NCBI GenBank assembly: GCA_964016885.1
Contig: OZ024743.1
Span: forward strand, 96,844,001 to 96,908,000
Direction of reading: 5' to 3'
Source of the DNA: Eledone cirrhosa
Taxonomy: Eukaryota
Length of the DNA stretch: 64,000 nucleotides
Below, in pieces: positions 1-13,054 of the stretch; position 1 is the first letter of the stretch, and the number at the start of each line of letters is the position of its first letter. The notes under the pieces are model-generated. The model was not told the origin of the DNA and searched no databases. It worked only from the letters and a program-made list of their open reading frames with translations. A program made the position numbers and the translations under genes.

Positions 1-335
1 GAAAAGGGAATTCATTAAAAGCTAATTCTTTAAAGCTATAATTTATATTTAGAGTAACAAAGGCAGAAAGAATTCTATAAACAAGTTCAGAATGGGGCAC
101 CACTCCTTATTTTTAAGTTTCTCTAACAATGCCTATATTTCAGGTGTCTATAAGATCATTGGGGGTCAGTCATGGTTGATGGATTTAAAGAAAAGGGAAA
201 TTCTTTAAAAGCTAATTCTTTAAGGTTCTACTTAGAGTGACAAAGGCCTAAAAAATTCTATAGACCAGTTCAAAATATTGAGTACATATCATACCATTAT
301 CTTCAAGATTCTCTTAAGCTATATTCCAGGTGTCA
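1..335. repeat. Diverged tandem duplication, ~190 bp period
   Basis: gaaaagggaa..ttaaaagctaattcttta..ttagagt.acaaaggc..aattctata.ac.agttca..ctatatt.caggtgtc occurs at ~1-150 and again at ~190-335. Confidence 0.7.
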
Positions 336-357
336 ACAGACACATTCACAAACACAC

Positions 358-392
<35 letters not shown>

Positions 393-428
393 CATATATA
401 TATACATATATATACATACATATACATA

Positions 429-759
429 CATCATCATCATCATCATTTTACGTCCACTTTTCCCTGCTTGCAAGGGTGGGACGGGAACTGATTCTGGCTT
501 GATTTCTACAGCTGGATGCCCTTCCTAACACCAACCTCATTTACAGTGAGTGCAGGGTGCTTTTTTGCCATGGCACCTCCACGACCACTTTGCAGTGGAA
601 TGATATGGACCCCAGTCCCTATCATCTCATTTCTACAGCTGAGTAAACTGGAGCAAAGTGTCTTGCTCAAGGAAACAACACATCACCCAGTCTGAGAATT
701 GAACTCACAACCTTTCGATTGCAACGCCAATGCTCTAACCACTAAGCCATGTGCCTCCA
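429..759 (-). mobile_element. tRNA-derived SINE (family S1) with RTE-derived body and tail
   Basis: Minus strand has A box TGGCTTAGTGG, B box GAGTTCAATTC and CCTTGAGCAAGACAC. The tail cccttgcaagcagggaaaagtggacgtaaaa(tga)n matches the RTE-A 3' end. Near-identical to 53951-54300. Confidence 0.9.
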
Positions 760-892
760 TATATATATACACACATATATACATATATATATACACATAT
801 ATATACACATACATACATACACACACATACACTTATATATACACATATACGCACATATATACATATATATACACATATACACATATATACAT

Positions 893-957
<65 letters not shown>

Positions 958-1007
958 CATACACACACATACATATATATATACACATACATACATATAT
1001 ATATATA

Positions 1008-1277
1008 TCATCATCATCATCATCGTTTAACGTCCATATTCCACGCTTGCATGGGTTTGGACGGGAGTTTTCCCACTTGAGGCAAGAGTGGTTGTCTTGC
1101 TCGCATAGGACTATCTGGCGGGTTTTCTACGGCTGGATGCCCTTCCTAACACCAACCACATTTACAGTGTGGAACCGGGAGGATTTACCGTGTTACCTAC
1201 ACGACCTCAATTGTTTCGGGCTGGATGTTGTGGTACCAACATAACTTTACATTGAAAGGGGTGGGGGGTAGTGGGAC
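1008..1277 (-). mobile_element. RTE LINE family B, 3' UTR-only fragment
   Basis: Matches the 3' UTRs at 22760-23100 and 27532-27900; (GAT)n tail; flanked by TA/CA microsatellite. Confidence 0.85.
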
Positions 1278-1393
1278 ATATATATATATATATATATATA
1301 CATATGCACACATACATACACACATACACACACATACATATATATATACACACACATATACGCACACATATATATACATATATATACACATAT

Positions 1394-1443
<50 letters not shown>

Positions 1444-1497
1444 ACATACACACACATACATACGCGCATACATATACATACCTATACACACACATAT

Positions 1498-3622
1498 ATC
1501 ATCATCATCATCAGCATCATCAGCATTTTACGTCCGCTTTTCCCTGATTGCAAGGGTGGGACAGGTCTTATTCAGCACAGCATCTCTCCACTCGTCACGG
1601 TCCCTCGTCATCTCCACCGTGAGCTTCAATGATCTGAGGTCTGTTCTCACCACCTCCGCCCATGTTTTTCGTGGTCTACCTCTACCACGTCTTCCCTCAA
1701 CTGGCAATTCCTGGCACTTCTTCACCCATCGGTCATCCTCCATGCGCATCACATGTCCATACCACCTCAGTCTCCTCTCCCGTACACTACATTCTATCCC
1801 TCTCAGACACAGTTTCTCTCTCAACACATTTATGCTGGGTCATTCACGCACATTTACACTGCACATCCAACGGAGCATGCTTGCCTCATTTCTCTCCAGC
1901 CGTCGCATATCCTCTGGAGTTGCTGCCCATGTCTCACTACCATGCAGCATCGTGCTCCTCACACAGGCATCATACAACCGGCCTTTCGTACGCAGGGAGA
2001 AACCCTTCTTCGTCAACAGAGGAAGCAGTTCCCTAAACTTCTTCCAACCCGTCCTTATTCTAGATACTATGGCCTCGGAACACTCTCCTCCCATGCTAAT
2101 CTGATCTCCTAGGTACCGGAAGCTATCCACCACTTCTATAGCGCCCTCCTGCATCTGAAAAATGTGTCTATCAATGCGACTTCTACTGCCTCATTTCCCT
2201 GTACATCTACTGCATACATATTTCTCCCTACCTGTTAGTTTGCCTACTATCCCGCTACTTCTCTTGTGTACCCAGGATCTGCATTGTGTGCATTTTATAG
2301 AATTTATGCCAGTTCCTTTTCTGCATATCGAACATGGCCATTTCCCTGACGGAATCATGGTTTTGTCCTCTTTTCTATTCATCAACACTTTTGTCTTAGT
2401 TTTCTAAGAGCCCACCAGATTACAGCACGTGGCACTCTGTCAAAGGCTTTCTCAATGTCGACAAATGCCAGGTAGAGTGGCTTACTTTTAGCTAGGTACT
2501 TTTCCTGTAACTGCCTCACAAGGAAGAGGGCATCAGTGGTGCCTCTTCCTGGTACAAACCCAAATTGCATCTCATCTATTTTCACCCGGTCCCTAATCAA
2601 CTGTGCTATAACTCTTTCTGTTACTTTCATGACCTGGTCCATCAGCTTTATACCTCTATAGTTTCCTCTATCTAGTGCATCACCTTTACCTTTGTAGCAG
2701 TTGACAATGATGCTACTGCACCAATCTGTTGGTATGACACCTTTTAGTATTACCTGGTTAACAATACGTGTGGTTATAGTGTGACCTACAGACCCAGATG
2801 CCTTCAGCATCTCGGAAGCTATACCCAATGGACTGGTTGCCTTCCCCATCTTCATATTTTTGATTGCCTTACTTACTACGCTGCTGCTGACTTGTACTGC
2901 TGACCCCTCTATAGGGTCTACTTGGAGTAGGGTCTCTTAGTAATTTATCATAATGGCTCTTCCATGCATCTTTCTTCTCAGCACTTGTGAGGGCAAGCTC
3001 ACCTTTATCATTCTGGGTACACTTCTCTCCAATGACATCACAATTCTCTCTGACACACTGCCTCATAATCTTGAACACCTCCTGTTTCTGGTCCTCACGT
3101 TGCAAAACGTGCTTGAATTTTCTATCCTCTGCTTCCCTCCTAGATAAGTACACTTGTCGCCTAGCTTCCCTCTTGGTCTCTATGTAATGTACCCTGCTCC
3201 CCCCGTTCTTCCATTCTTTCCATGCCTGTCTCTTGGCCTTAATCGCCTCATCTACCTTATTGTTCCACCACCAAGTCACTCTCCTCCTACTTGTGGTCTT
3301 ACTCCAGCCACAGACCTCATCCGTCACCTCTAGTAAGTTATTTTTTAGGAACTCCCAGTGCTCTTCTACATTGAATATCTGTTCTTCTTTACTGTCGTAG
3401 GCGTTTAGTAAAATATCTTTAAATCTGTTACTGGCTGAGGGGTCTTTCAGCTTCCAGATCTTTCTTCTCCAGGTTGGCCTCTGTTTCCAGGTTCGTCTAG
3501 TTCTGACCGTGAGGTCGCTGACAACTAAGCTATGTTGGGAGGTACATTCCTCACTAGGGTAGGCTTTTGTGTTTATGACCATCCATCTCTCACGTCCTCT
3601 GATGAGGATAAAATCTATCTGA
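1498..3622 (-). mobile_element. RTE LINE, 5'-truncated, internally deleted or chimeric (C-type 5' part, A-type 3' part)
   Basis: ORF pieces give QIDFIL (end of APE), NYRGIKL, QFGFVPGRGTTDA, AFVDIEKAFDRV, then the PHD finger, [14 protein letters not shown] and GRPRKTW. The YADD core is missing. (GAT)n tail. Confidence 0.92.
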
Positions 3623-3667
3623 CATATATATATATATATATACACATATACATATATCTACATATAT

Positions 3668-3700
<33 letters not shown>

Positions 3701-4373
3701 CATATACATACATATACACATATATACATATATATATACAAATAAGTACTCATAAATATACGCATATACACAGGCACATAAAAACAGCTCTATAAGCATA
3801 AAATGCAGATAGGTAAGAGGTATTCACATAACCATAGTGGCCATATTTACGTTTTGCCTATATATATATATGTAAAACATAAAAGTGAAAAAGCACAGAG
3901 GTATATTTAAAGATTATTTTTTCCTTTAATCGGACAGAATGAATATTTTTATAATTGTTGCATTAAATGGATTTAAATTTTGTCAAATATTGCTGATTCC
4001 ATTTTCATCATCATCATCTTTTAACGTCTATCTTCCACGCTAGCATTGGCATATCAATGTTATATTCTGTTCTCATATTCTGTGGGCCATTAGAATTTAT
4101 GTGAATTTTTTATTTGAATTTCTTCTGATATATATGTTCTTAATGAAGGTGATGAAGGTGGAAGTGGGGTTCAACAGGTTTACTAGAAAATGTTCTTGTT
4201 TAAATTAGAAAAGTCTTTTACTATTCATAATAATGGCCCAGATGGTATTTTTGTTGGGTATTTATGAACATTTAGGTGGAGTTTAATTGTGTCTAAATAG
4301 TTGTGAAAATAACTTGACCTTTTGACACAAACTTTTGAACCTCACCTAAACACACACACATACACATGCACAT

Positions 4374-4431
<58 letters not shown>

Positions 4432-4539
4432 ACACACACATACACGCATACACACACACATACACACACACATACAGACATACATACACACACATCCATG
4501 ACAAAAAAAATGCCATCTGGACCATTATTATGACTAGTA

Positions 4540-4728
4540 GGGGTGGTGGATTGGCAGTATTGGTAGAGGGTCAGATGCCATGCTTTGCAGCAAAGAGTTA
4601 CGTCCCTTTATGGTCTGAGTTCAAATCCCGCCGAGTTTAACTTTGCCTTTCATCCTTACGGGGTCAATAAAATAAAGCACCAGTAATACACTGAAATAAT
4701 TGCTGGCCTTGTGCCAAATGTAGAAACA
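4540..4728 (+). mobile_element. tRNA-related SINE family S2
   Basis: A-box-like TGGCAGTATTGG and B box GAGTTCAAATCC. A 13-bp TSD attatgactagta lies at 4527-4539 and 4729-4741. Other copies at 15988 and 61588. Confidence 0.88.
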
Positions 4729-4926
4729 ATTATGACTAGTAAAAGAATTTTCTATTTTAACCAAGAGAATATTCTATTGAATCCAGTGAATCCAAACCTG
4801 TGTAACCCCACTTCCATCATCACCCTACCTTCATTAAGAACATATAAGATGACATTTTGACAGAAAATTCACATATGTTTCAACTGCCCACAGAATATGA
4901 GAACAAACTTTTTTTAATATTTGATA

Positions 4927-5104
4927 AGAGGAAGACCACAAAAAAAAAACATGGGTGGAGGTGGTGAGAGAAGACCTCAGATCGCTGAAGCTAACAGAGG
5001 AGATGACGAAGGGCCGTGGAAAGTGGAGAGATGCTGTGCTGAATAGGACCCATCGCACCCTTGCAAGCAGGGAAAAGTGGATGTCAAATGATGATGATGA
5101 TGAT
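4927..5104 (+). mobile_element. RTE family A 3' fragment
   Basis: GRPxKTW-type remnant, cccttgcaagcagggaaaag tail and (GAT)n; ttgata flanks both sides. Confidence 0.8.
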
Positions 5105-5264
5105 TGATATACCAATCTAAATCAGCAATATTTGGCAAAATCTAAATCCATTTATGTAACAATTAAAAATATGTCTCTGTATTTCACTTTTATTTTTTAC
5201 CTATAACCTTTGATTTGTATGGAACTTTACCAACCTTTTCAACTGTGTACATGGACACACACAC

Positions 5265-5527
5265 ATCATCATCACCGTTTTACATCCGTTCTTCCACGCT
5301 AGCATGGGTTAGACGGGTTGTCCTGTTGTGGGCAGTGTCAAGTCGGCTGACCATGCCTTGCTCATACAAGAACTGATTTGGCTTGATTTCTACAGCTGGA
5401 TGCCCTTCCTAACACCAACCTCATTTACAGTGAGTGCTGGGTGCTTTTTCGTGGCGCCTACACGTCCACTTTACAGTGTGGGCTGGGTGCTTTTTTGCAG
5501 TGGGAGGATGTGGGGGCATATTGTCTA
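5265..5527 (-). mobile_element. RTE family C 3' UTR fragment
   Basis: Matches the reverse complement of 50020-50312. Confidence 0.85.
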
Positions 5528-6129
5528 TATATATATATATAACGGTGATGATGATATATATATATAACGTCTAACCCATGTTATATGTATATATATGTCT
5601 AACCCATATATATAACCCGTTTAACTCATGCTAGCATGGAAGATGGACGTTAAATGAAGATGATAAATAAATGGCAGAGTTAATAACTCATATTGATATA
5701 TATACAGTTTCCATTTATAAGGCTAAAAAAAAAAAAAATTATTATTATTATTGTTTATCCACTTGCTTTGCTCCCTAGTTGACTCTTCATTGCTTTCCTC
5801 TGTCTCTATGCTGTTGTGTTATCTCATATGCACCCTCAAGCATTTTTTCAATCCATTGTGCAACCTGCTCCAATATTCTACAATCCCACTTTTAAGCATG
5901 TAATTTGTTAACAAGGAAGATAGATGCTTCTATTCATTTATTAGACTTTTCATTTTTTCCATATGCAACTTTGCTATATGTATATCATTACACTTTATAT
6001 ATTTCATTGATTATGAAAACAATCAACTAACACCACTATTAAAACTATCATCATCATCATCATTGTTTAACGTCCATCTTCCACGCTTGCATGGGTTTAT
6101 TACATATATATATATATATATGTAATAAA

Positions 6130-6222
6130 CAACACAATATAATTATCCATTACCAAATGTTTCAAGAAACTAGACGATCTTTACAGAAACATCCAGCCCA
6201 TTCATCGGAAATACTTAACATA

Positions 6223-6255
<33 letters not shown>

Positions 6256-6800
6256 GTATATATATCACCACACACACACACGTGCATATTCTCACATATA
6301 TATACTAGGAATCTGGACTCCGCACGCCCCTCTCCCCCACCCCCTATGACCCCCTCTCCATCCACACACACACACTGACTTACACCCACCCCATGTACGC
6401 ACTGGTTTTCCTATTACCCGAACATGGAACCTCGTTCTTCCCCAAACTCTCACACTCACATCCACACACACATACGTACACCTACACACATACCCACACA
6501 CCCCTTTCTCCTTCTCCCCTCTCCCCCTCCTCCCACCAACACCACCCTATACGCCTCACGCCCTTTCACCACTTGTTTTCATTTTAATTTTTTTTCCTTC
6601 CCCTTAAATCCCCCCCTTTTTTATGTCTTTCTACCACTCCCCCTCACACCCTCAGAACTCTTTTCCTTCCCACTTTTCTCCTGATGAAGGGCTTATACCC
6701 AAAACGTCGTCCCCCACCCCACGCTCTCAAGCATGAACCTAATTCTAACACTGTTTGTACAGCACACTTTGTTATTGTTTTTGTTTTTTTTTGTTTTTAA
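6130..6800 (+). mobile_element. Possible decayed Penelope-like remnant with degenerate hammerhead
   Basis: ETRRSLQKH resembles the GIY-YIG G(E/Q)TxRxL motif. CTGATGA-aggg-cttata-ccc-AAAA-cgtc at 6681-6708 resembles a hammerhead core with G12 mutated. Confidence 0.35.
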
Positions 6801-7503
6801 CTCATATATATACATATATATGCTTTATATTTACTGTCATGACACTGAATACTCAATACTACAGTAGAGATTAATATTTTTTAATGCCAAGCCAGAGTCC
6901 TCTGGAGTTTTGCCAATGTAAAAGGATTCTGACTTGGCCTTAAAGAATTATATAGATACATTTAAAGTGCAAAGCAAAATGTACGACATGGAAAGGACAA
7001 CATGAAAGACCAGCTAAACCAGAGTTATTAGGTTGATTCTCTAGAAATGGAAATAGAAATTTCTCTGATATTTTCAGCTTAAGTTCTTCAAAAAGAAAAA
7101 TTGAAAGAAAGATATTTAAAAAAATGTGTAAAGAAGGCATGAGTAAAAGTGCACGTGTGGTATAGATGACACTGTGTTGAAAAAAAAAAAAAATTAAATA
7201 TAATTATCAATGTATTTATTTATCTATCTATTGATCTATCTATCTATCTACCTATCAATTTCATTTTCTATCTGTCTATATCTACCTATCTATCTATGTT
7301 TATGTCTGTCTGTCTATCTATCTACCAACCCACCCACTTACCCAACCATCTAGCTGCAGAATATATTTACTAGATATTAGTTTCTGCCATATGTTAAGCT
7401 GGTCATCAACAACAAACTAAAAGTGATGTCTTTATAAAAATCCTTTTCTTTTTTACCTTCCATTTTCCTATTTTTCTTTTTATATTTATTTGATACTTTG
7501 CAG

Positions 7504-7596
7504 AACCACATATTTAAACTGATGAAAAGTGACAGCTATAATCGATACCTGCGGTCCGATATGCACAAAGAGTTTCTCAGCGCTACAAGAAAGAAA
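7504..7596 (+). CDS. RGS7: Internal coding exon of an R7-family regulator of G-protein signalling (RGS7/RGS6/EGL-10-like), end of the RGS domain
   Basis: Polypyrimidine tract and ttgcag acceptor, gtaagg donor, phase 0/0. Translates NHIFKLMKSDSYNRYLRSDMHKEFLSATRKK, which matches the R7 motif EHIYKLMKSDSYPRFIRS..Y.E.L.A.KK. Absent from the ORF track. Confidence 0.88.
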
Positions 7597-7924
7597 GTAA
7601 GGTTTATCATGTTTCCTTTAATTACCTTATTATTAACTTTTTAATTCTGTTTCATATATAACTTCTGCTGTATCCTCTTGTTTTGTATCCCTACATTAAT
7701 GTGCAAAACATTCCCTACCACCTGCACCAATCAATGTCTGCTGCACTACCTTGTAGTATAAACCACACTTACACCTTTCCAGTACATTTATCTATCGTAG
7801 TTCACACCTCACCTTATATGCAATATCTTCTTTCACATAGAATTGAATTTTTTTAAATTCAAATTAATATAACTGCTGAGGGTGAGTGGGGTGTGATTTC
7901 AAGTGTATTCTTAGCGTTTTTGTG

Positions 7925-8200
7925 AAGGCTGTGGCTCAGTTGTTTGATTTTGATTCTGGGTGGCACATTGTAACCTTGAGCAAGAAAATATTTCATGTTG
8001 ATCCAGTACATTCAGCTGGCAAAAATGAGTTGTACCTGTAATTTAAAAGGCCAGCCTTGTCATTCAGTGTGTCATACTGAGCACCACTGAGAACTAACTA
8101 CCTTAAGGATAAAGGTGTCTGTGAAATGTTCAACCACTTTCATGTTAATTTCATGGGCAGGCTCTTCCATTGACCAGACAACTAGAACACTTTTCATTGG
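7925..8200 (+). mobile_element. Old tRNA-derived SINE
   Basis: Decayed A and B boxes, then ccttgagcaag..tttcatgttg..ccagt.cattcagctg as in the S1 central part. Confidence 0.55.
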
Positions 8201-9901
8201 AAGTCCAACAACATTCTTAACCTTTTAGGAATCTTTTCCGTAAAAATAAACTGATCAAGTATTAATATTATGGAACAGAAATTCACTGTATTTTCTTTTT
8301 GTTTTTAAATTAAAAAAAAATGGAAATATCTAATAAAAATACCTTTCAAAATTTGTAAAGAATTTGTTGCTGGTATTTATTTAGAATTCAGTATCAGCTA
8401 TCATAACATTATACTCTTTATATTTTTCATCTATACTTTAAGTTCATCACTGATATATCATCATCGCCATTATCATCATCATCGTTTAACATCCATCTTC
8501 AACACTAGCATGGGTTGGATGGGTTTGTCTTACCTGAGGCAAGATTAATTGGGTGACCGTGTCTCGCTCATACATATGTGTGTGTGTGTATGCATGTGGT
8601 ATATATATATATATATATAGTTGAAGAGGAGGATGCTATGTATGTACAGAACTAGATTTGTTTCAAATATATGTTAACAGATATTTGTAAGAAAAGTATT
8701 TCTGTAGAACTCTAAAGTCTAAAGAACTGTAACTACTCTACTGTCCTCATACTGAGTCTTTTAAGGTATGACTGGCCCATTTAAACCTAAAAGTAAAGTA
8801 AGCTATATGCTCTGTATATATGTGTATAGATATAGATATGCATATTTTTTATGTGGAACACAAACGTCACCAGCTGCTTGAAACATTTTAAATCTGAAGA
8901 TACATGCAGTAAACTGCATGCATGTACACACACATATATGCAATACACTTACATAAGTTTAACATGGCCTAACCCCCATAAATGTTGCTTTCACAGTATT
9001 GACATCAAGGTTGGCAGTTCTGCTTTTATTTACAATACTTTGATGTTGATGGATGACTTTGCTTTCTTGCTATGAGATGTTTAGAATGTTACAGAGGCAT
9101 TGCAAATGAAAAGAGTTCAGCTTTCATGCAAGTCTTACATAAGAAGTACATGACACTGAATCATATAGCAATGTGATGTGATAACATGCCTCAGATTCTA
9201 ATCTTAGTCTTAATAAGGAGCATTTTGTTCTTACATGCCTTTTTTGTAAGTTTTGTAACTGTTATGATTGCCTTGATTTTGGCTAAGGCAAGGTAATTAT
9301 AATCTTTGAAAACAAAGCTTAAAGGAAACTTATAAACCATTACCAATGTGCATCTATTAAAGGTCATGTAAACTAGAGCATTGCTTCCTTGTGACAGGAT
9401 AGCTATCTTCCTTTTGCTGATCTCTAGGTAAAAGGCTTTGCATGTTACAGAAAACTTGTAAATCATTACTTGCAGAGTCAAGTCACTATGACCCTTTAGT
9501 GTAGCATAATCAACAATAGATCCTCAATAGTGGATATTGATACATATTTCTTTGCAATCAGCTGTATTAAGTTAACAGGGACCTATTTGTTCTCTAAAGC
9601 AGAAAAACACAACCTTAATGCATAATGCAGTAAGATGACAATATATTCCATCAAACTGAACAATGGCTTTTATATAATTGTGGAGGGAAAAGACTAGAAT
9701 GAGCAATGCTGGGAGAATTCCACATTATCCAACACTTAAAAAAGACCTTACTTGCTGAATGTAGCTATAACTTTAGCTATAACTCAAATGAAATATGAAG
9801 CTCTTTCACTTGTCAATCACACTTTTCCTGAAGCTCACGCAATAACAATATTATATCAATGACTTTCCAATAGTATATTTCTACCAGATTTTGTAGGTAT
9901 T

Positions 9902-10129
9902 TTAACCCTTTTTATTCCCATATTTATAAAGAAATATATTTGAGTGAATTAGAGAAATTTACTAATTATTTCACAATTAAGATGATATTTGTAACATAGT
10001 TTATCAAAAGGTTCTTATCGAAAACACTATGTTGGAAAATTTTAATTTAAATAGGAATCATTTAAGATGGATTGTTTTGTTCCATAGAACCAAATCCAGG
10101 TTTAGGTGGGTTGGTATCAAAAGTGTTAA
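9902..10129. mobile_element. TTAA-flanked MITE (piggyBac-like), family M2
   Basis: Ends ttaa-cccttt and aaagtg-ttaa; internal similarity to 13965-14228 and 17683-17879. Confidence 0.6.
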
Positions 10130-10952
10130 GAAAATATGGACATTTTCCGATAATGTTAAGCAAAGGAATTTCTCAGTAGTTATTACACTCACCTTTGACA
10201 CCTTCACTTGAAGTTTTATTTCATTTTTGGAGAGCCCTCTTTAATACTACAATTCAACCACAGCAGACCTTATCATAGAATGAAAAACAAGATATCTCAC
10301 AAAATGTGGTCCTGATTTCCTGCACATAGACACAGTAGTCACAGCTAGAAATGCCTCTGATAATAAGGTTACTCATTCCCAGATGGTCTGTAACTAAATC
10401 TTAACAATGACAAGTCTATATACATACATAAGTATATTCCAAAGAATGTATAATGGCACAGATTGATACATAGATTGATGTATATATGCTTATATATTCT
10501 AACTAAAAAGATATAGAAGTAATATTTCTGAAAACCTTTAAAAGAACACCTTGATTTTTATCTGTTTAGTTTTTATTAGATAATCCTTACATATATCATT
10601 GTTGCTATTATCGTTCTAATACTATAGCATACAACAATTGGAATTGACAGCTTTAATTAAAACTCATTCAACTGGGAAATGTATACAGTTATATATTTTC
10701 ACACTATATAACATTTGTGATGTGTGACAGGCTTGCTGATGTTTCAGCATCATATCAAATCATTGGATAATACAAACGATTTTGATGAACGGTTTATGAG
10801 CTAATGATAATTATTTTCCAACAGATTGATTCTGAGTCTTCTTCAAATATAGATAAATTCTAATGATTTGAAGGGAGGAAGGTAATGTTTTCGTTTTGTT
10901 TACAACTAACAATGATACATGAACTAGTGTAATTTGTTGAATGTCGAGGATA

Positions 10953-11190
10953 GTTAACATTTTATCATTTAAACTGGTTGTATCTGGCCAGAATACTCTC
11001 ACCTCTTTCTGTCTAAACCAGCCATAATCAGCGACTCATACTGATGTTAAGTATTGTTCTCAAAATATATATCAAAATCTCATAGATACGATATTATGTG
11101 AGATATCATGTAAGATATTATGTGAGCTAAAGCCTTTACTGCAAAAATACAATAGTATATATTGAAAAATGTAAATGCAATTTTTGAAGT
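10953..11190. mobile_element. TTAA MITE family M1, decayed
   Basis: Colinear with 12827-13054. Confidence 0.6.
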
Positions 11191-11378
11191 AATAATTACT
11201 TAATGTGTAAAACATAAAATGTGGGATAGGAAAATAAAACAGTAAATGAGAGACAGGGAAAGAGAACATTAAAAGACCAATGATATAAATTCTATAAACT
11301 CTATAAACTTGTTATTTATACATTTTCTTGTGTTATCTTGAATTATTTATATCTGTATATCCTGAAAGGGGAAAATCT

Positions 11379-11588
11379 TTAACCCTTTAGCATATACATT
11401 ACTCTATATTTACTATTGTATTTTCACAGTAAAGGCTCACATAATATCGAAGCTATGAGATTTTAAGATTATTTATTTTGAGAACAATATCTTAACATCA
11501 GTATGAACAGCAGATTATGGCTGGTTTGAACAGAAATGGATTTGAGAATTATTTTTGGATATGGCTGATTAAAATGCTAAAATGTTAA
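11379..11588. mobile_element. TTAA MITE family M1 (opposite orientation)
   Basis: Ends ttaa-ccctttagcat and atgctaaaatg-ttaa; reverse complement of 12827-13054. Confidence 0.7.
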
Positions 11589-12109
11589 AGAAAAACAAAA
11601 AAGATGCCTGATTTTAGCCTACAAGTCTTAACTTTAGCTAAAAGAAGGACTGGATTAAATTAACAGATGTTTGGTACAAGCAATATACTACTATGTGTAC
11701 AAGTAATAAGGATTTCTAACATTAGTAAAAGATTAGAAATGTGTCAGCTCAGAGATTATATCAATCTCAGGTCTTCACAGATACTTGATTTTACTGACCT
11801 TAGAAAGATGAAACGCAAAGTGCACTTTCACAAAATTTGAACTGAAACGAATTTTGCAAGGCATTTTGTTGAATGGACTAACAATTCTGCCAATCCAGCA
11901 CCTTAGTACTACTAGTAATAGCAATTTACATATTGAAAGTATGCAGTAGAAAGCTATAGTTATAACTGATATAACTGATAGTTACTGATGGCAGAAGAAT
12001 GTAGTACAAGAATGACACAGCCTATGATTTGCAAATACTTTTGAAAAAACTTATGAATTTGGAGGGATTCAATAATGTAACTAACTTTCTCATTATTATG
12101 CTGGTATGT

Positions 12110-12240
12110 GAAGTCGTGTGGCTGATTGGTTAGAGAACTGAATTTGCAATCGTGAGGTTGTCAGTTTGATTCCTGAACTGGGCGATGTGTTATGTCCTTG
12201 AGCAAGACACTTTATTTCACGTTGCTCCTTCTACCTGGAG
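12110..12240 (+). mobile_element. Old S1-related SINE head
   Basis: gtggctgattggttagag..gcaatcg..gtttgattcct..gtccttgagcaagacactttatttcac. Confidence 0.65.
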
Positions 12241-12554
12241 TTGCGACCGATAGATAGTATTAGCAATTGGAAAGACCGACAGAAACATTGATTCCTCGGT
12301 CCGATTTGACGAAAGTCGATTGACAAATTTTTTGGAGCATAACTTAACAAAGGTTTTTACTTAAAATTATAATTGTTTCCAAGTAAAAAAAGATTTGAAA
12401 TCAGAACGTAAAGGGACGTAACTCTATACCACGAAGTATGTTGTCCAATGCTCTACCGATTCTGCCAATCCATCGCTCTTACATAAAATTATAATGGCAG
12501 ATGTCTAGATAAATATCATAATCATTTTCTCAAAACTGGTGCAGTCAGTCACTG

Positions 12555-12760
12555 AAGTGCCACTCTTTGGGGAGTCAACAGTCACCATTGAACTCTGTCC
12601 CACATGCTGAAGGGTCATAGTATTACCCATCCAATCATTGAAGTTGTTGGACCAGGATTTTCTTTGTCTGATTCTCCTTAACCCTTCTTTAACTGTGCTT
12701 TAGAGAATGGTTTCGAGCAGTGAATCATGGCAGGATACATCACTGTACTAGACACAAATG
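12555..12760 (-). mobile_element. Ancient RTE 3' remnant
   Basis: Minus translation HDSLLETIL*STVKEGLRRIRQRKSWSNN resembles the RTE C-terminal K.ILQGTV.G.RRRGRQRK.W motif. Confidence 0.55.
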
Positions 12761-12826
12761 CTTGCAGCAGTGTAATCTGCTAAAGATACCCAAAGGTCAC
12801 ATGGTGGTGTTTAATCAGGCAATGGA

Positions 12827-13054
12827 TTAACCCCTTAGCATTTAAACCGTCCATATCCGGCCTGAATTCTTTCACCTCTTTCTGTTCAAACTGGCTGTAA
12901 CTGGCTGCTCATACTTATGTTAAGGTATTGTTCTTAAAATAAATAATATCAAAATCTTGTAGATTTGATATTATGTGAGATAATTATATGAAATAAAGGT
13001 TTATCATGAAAATACAATAGTAAATATAGAGTAATGTGAATATTAAAGGGTTAA
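12827..13054. mobile_element. TTAA-flanked MITE (piggyBac-like), family M1
   Basis: TTAA on both sides; imperfect TIR ccccttagcatt / aatattaaaggg; four copies in the window. Confidence 0.78.

Larger units (their letters stand above)
3930..5180. repeat. Large diverged inverted repeat (fold-back) around a (CA)n spacer, with nested insertions
   Basis: The left arm (~3930-4255) is the reverse complement of the right arm (~4500-5180) once the SINE and RTE-tail insertions are removed. Examples: tgttctcatattctgtgggc / gcccacagaatatgagaaca and gttcttaatgaaggt / accttcattaagaac. Confidence 0.8.
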
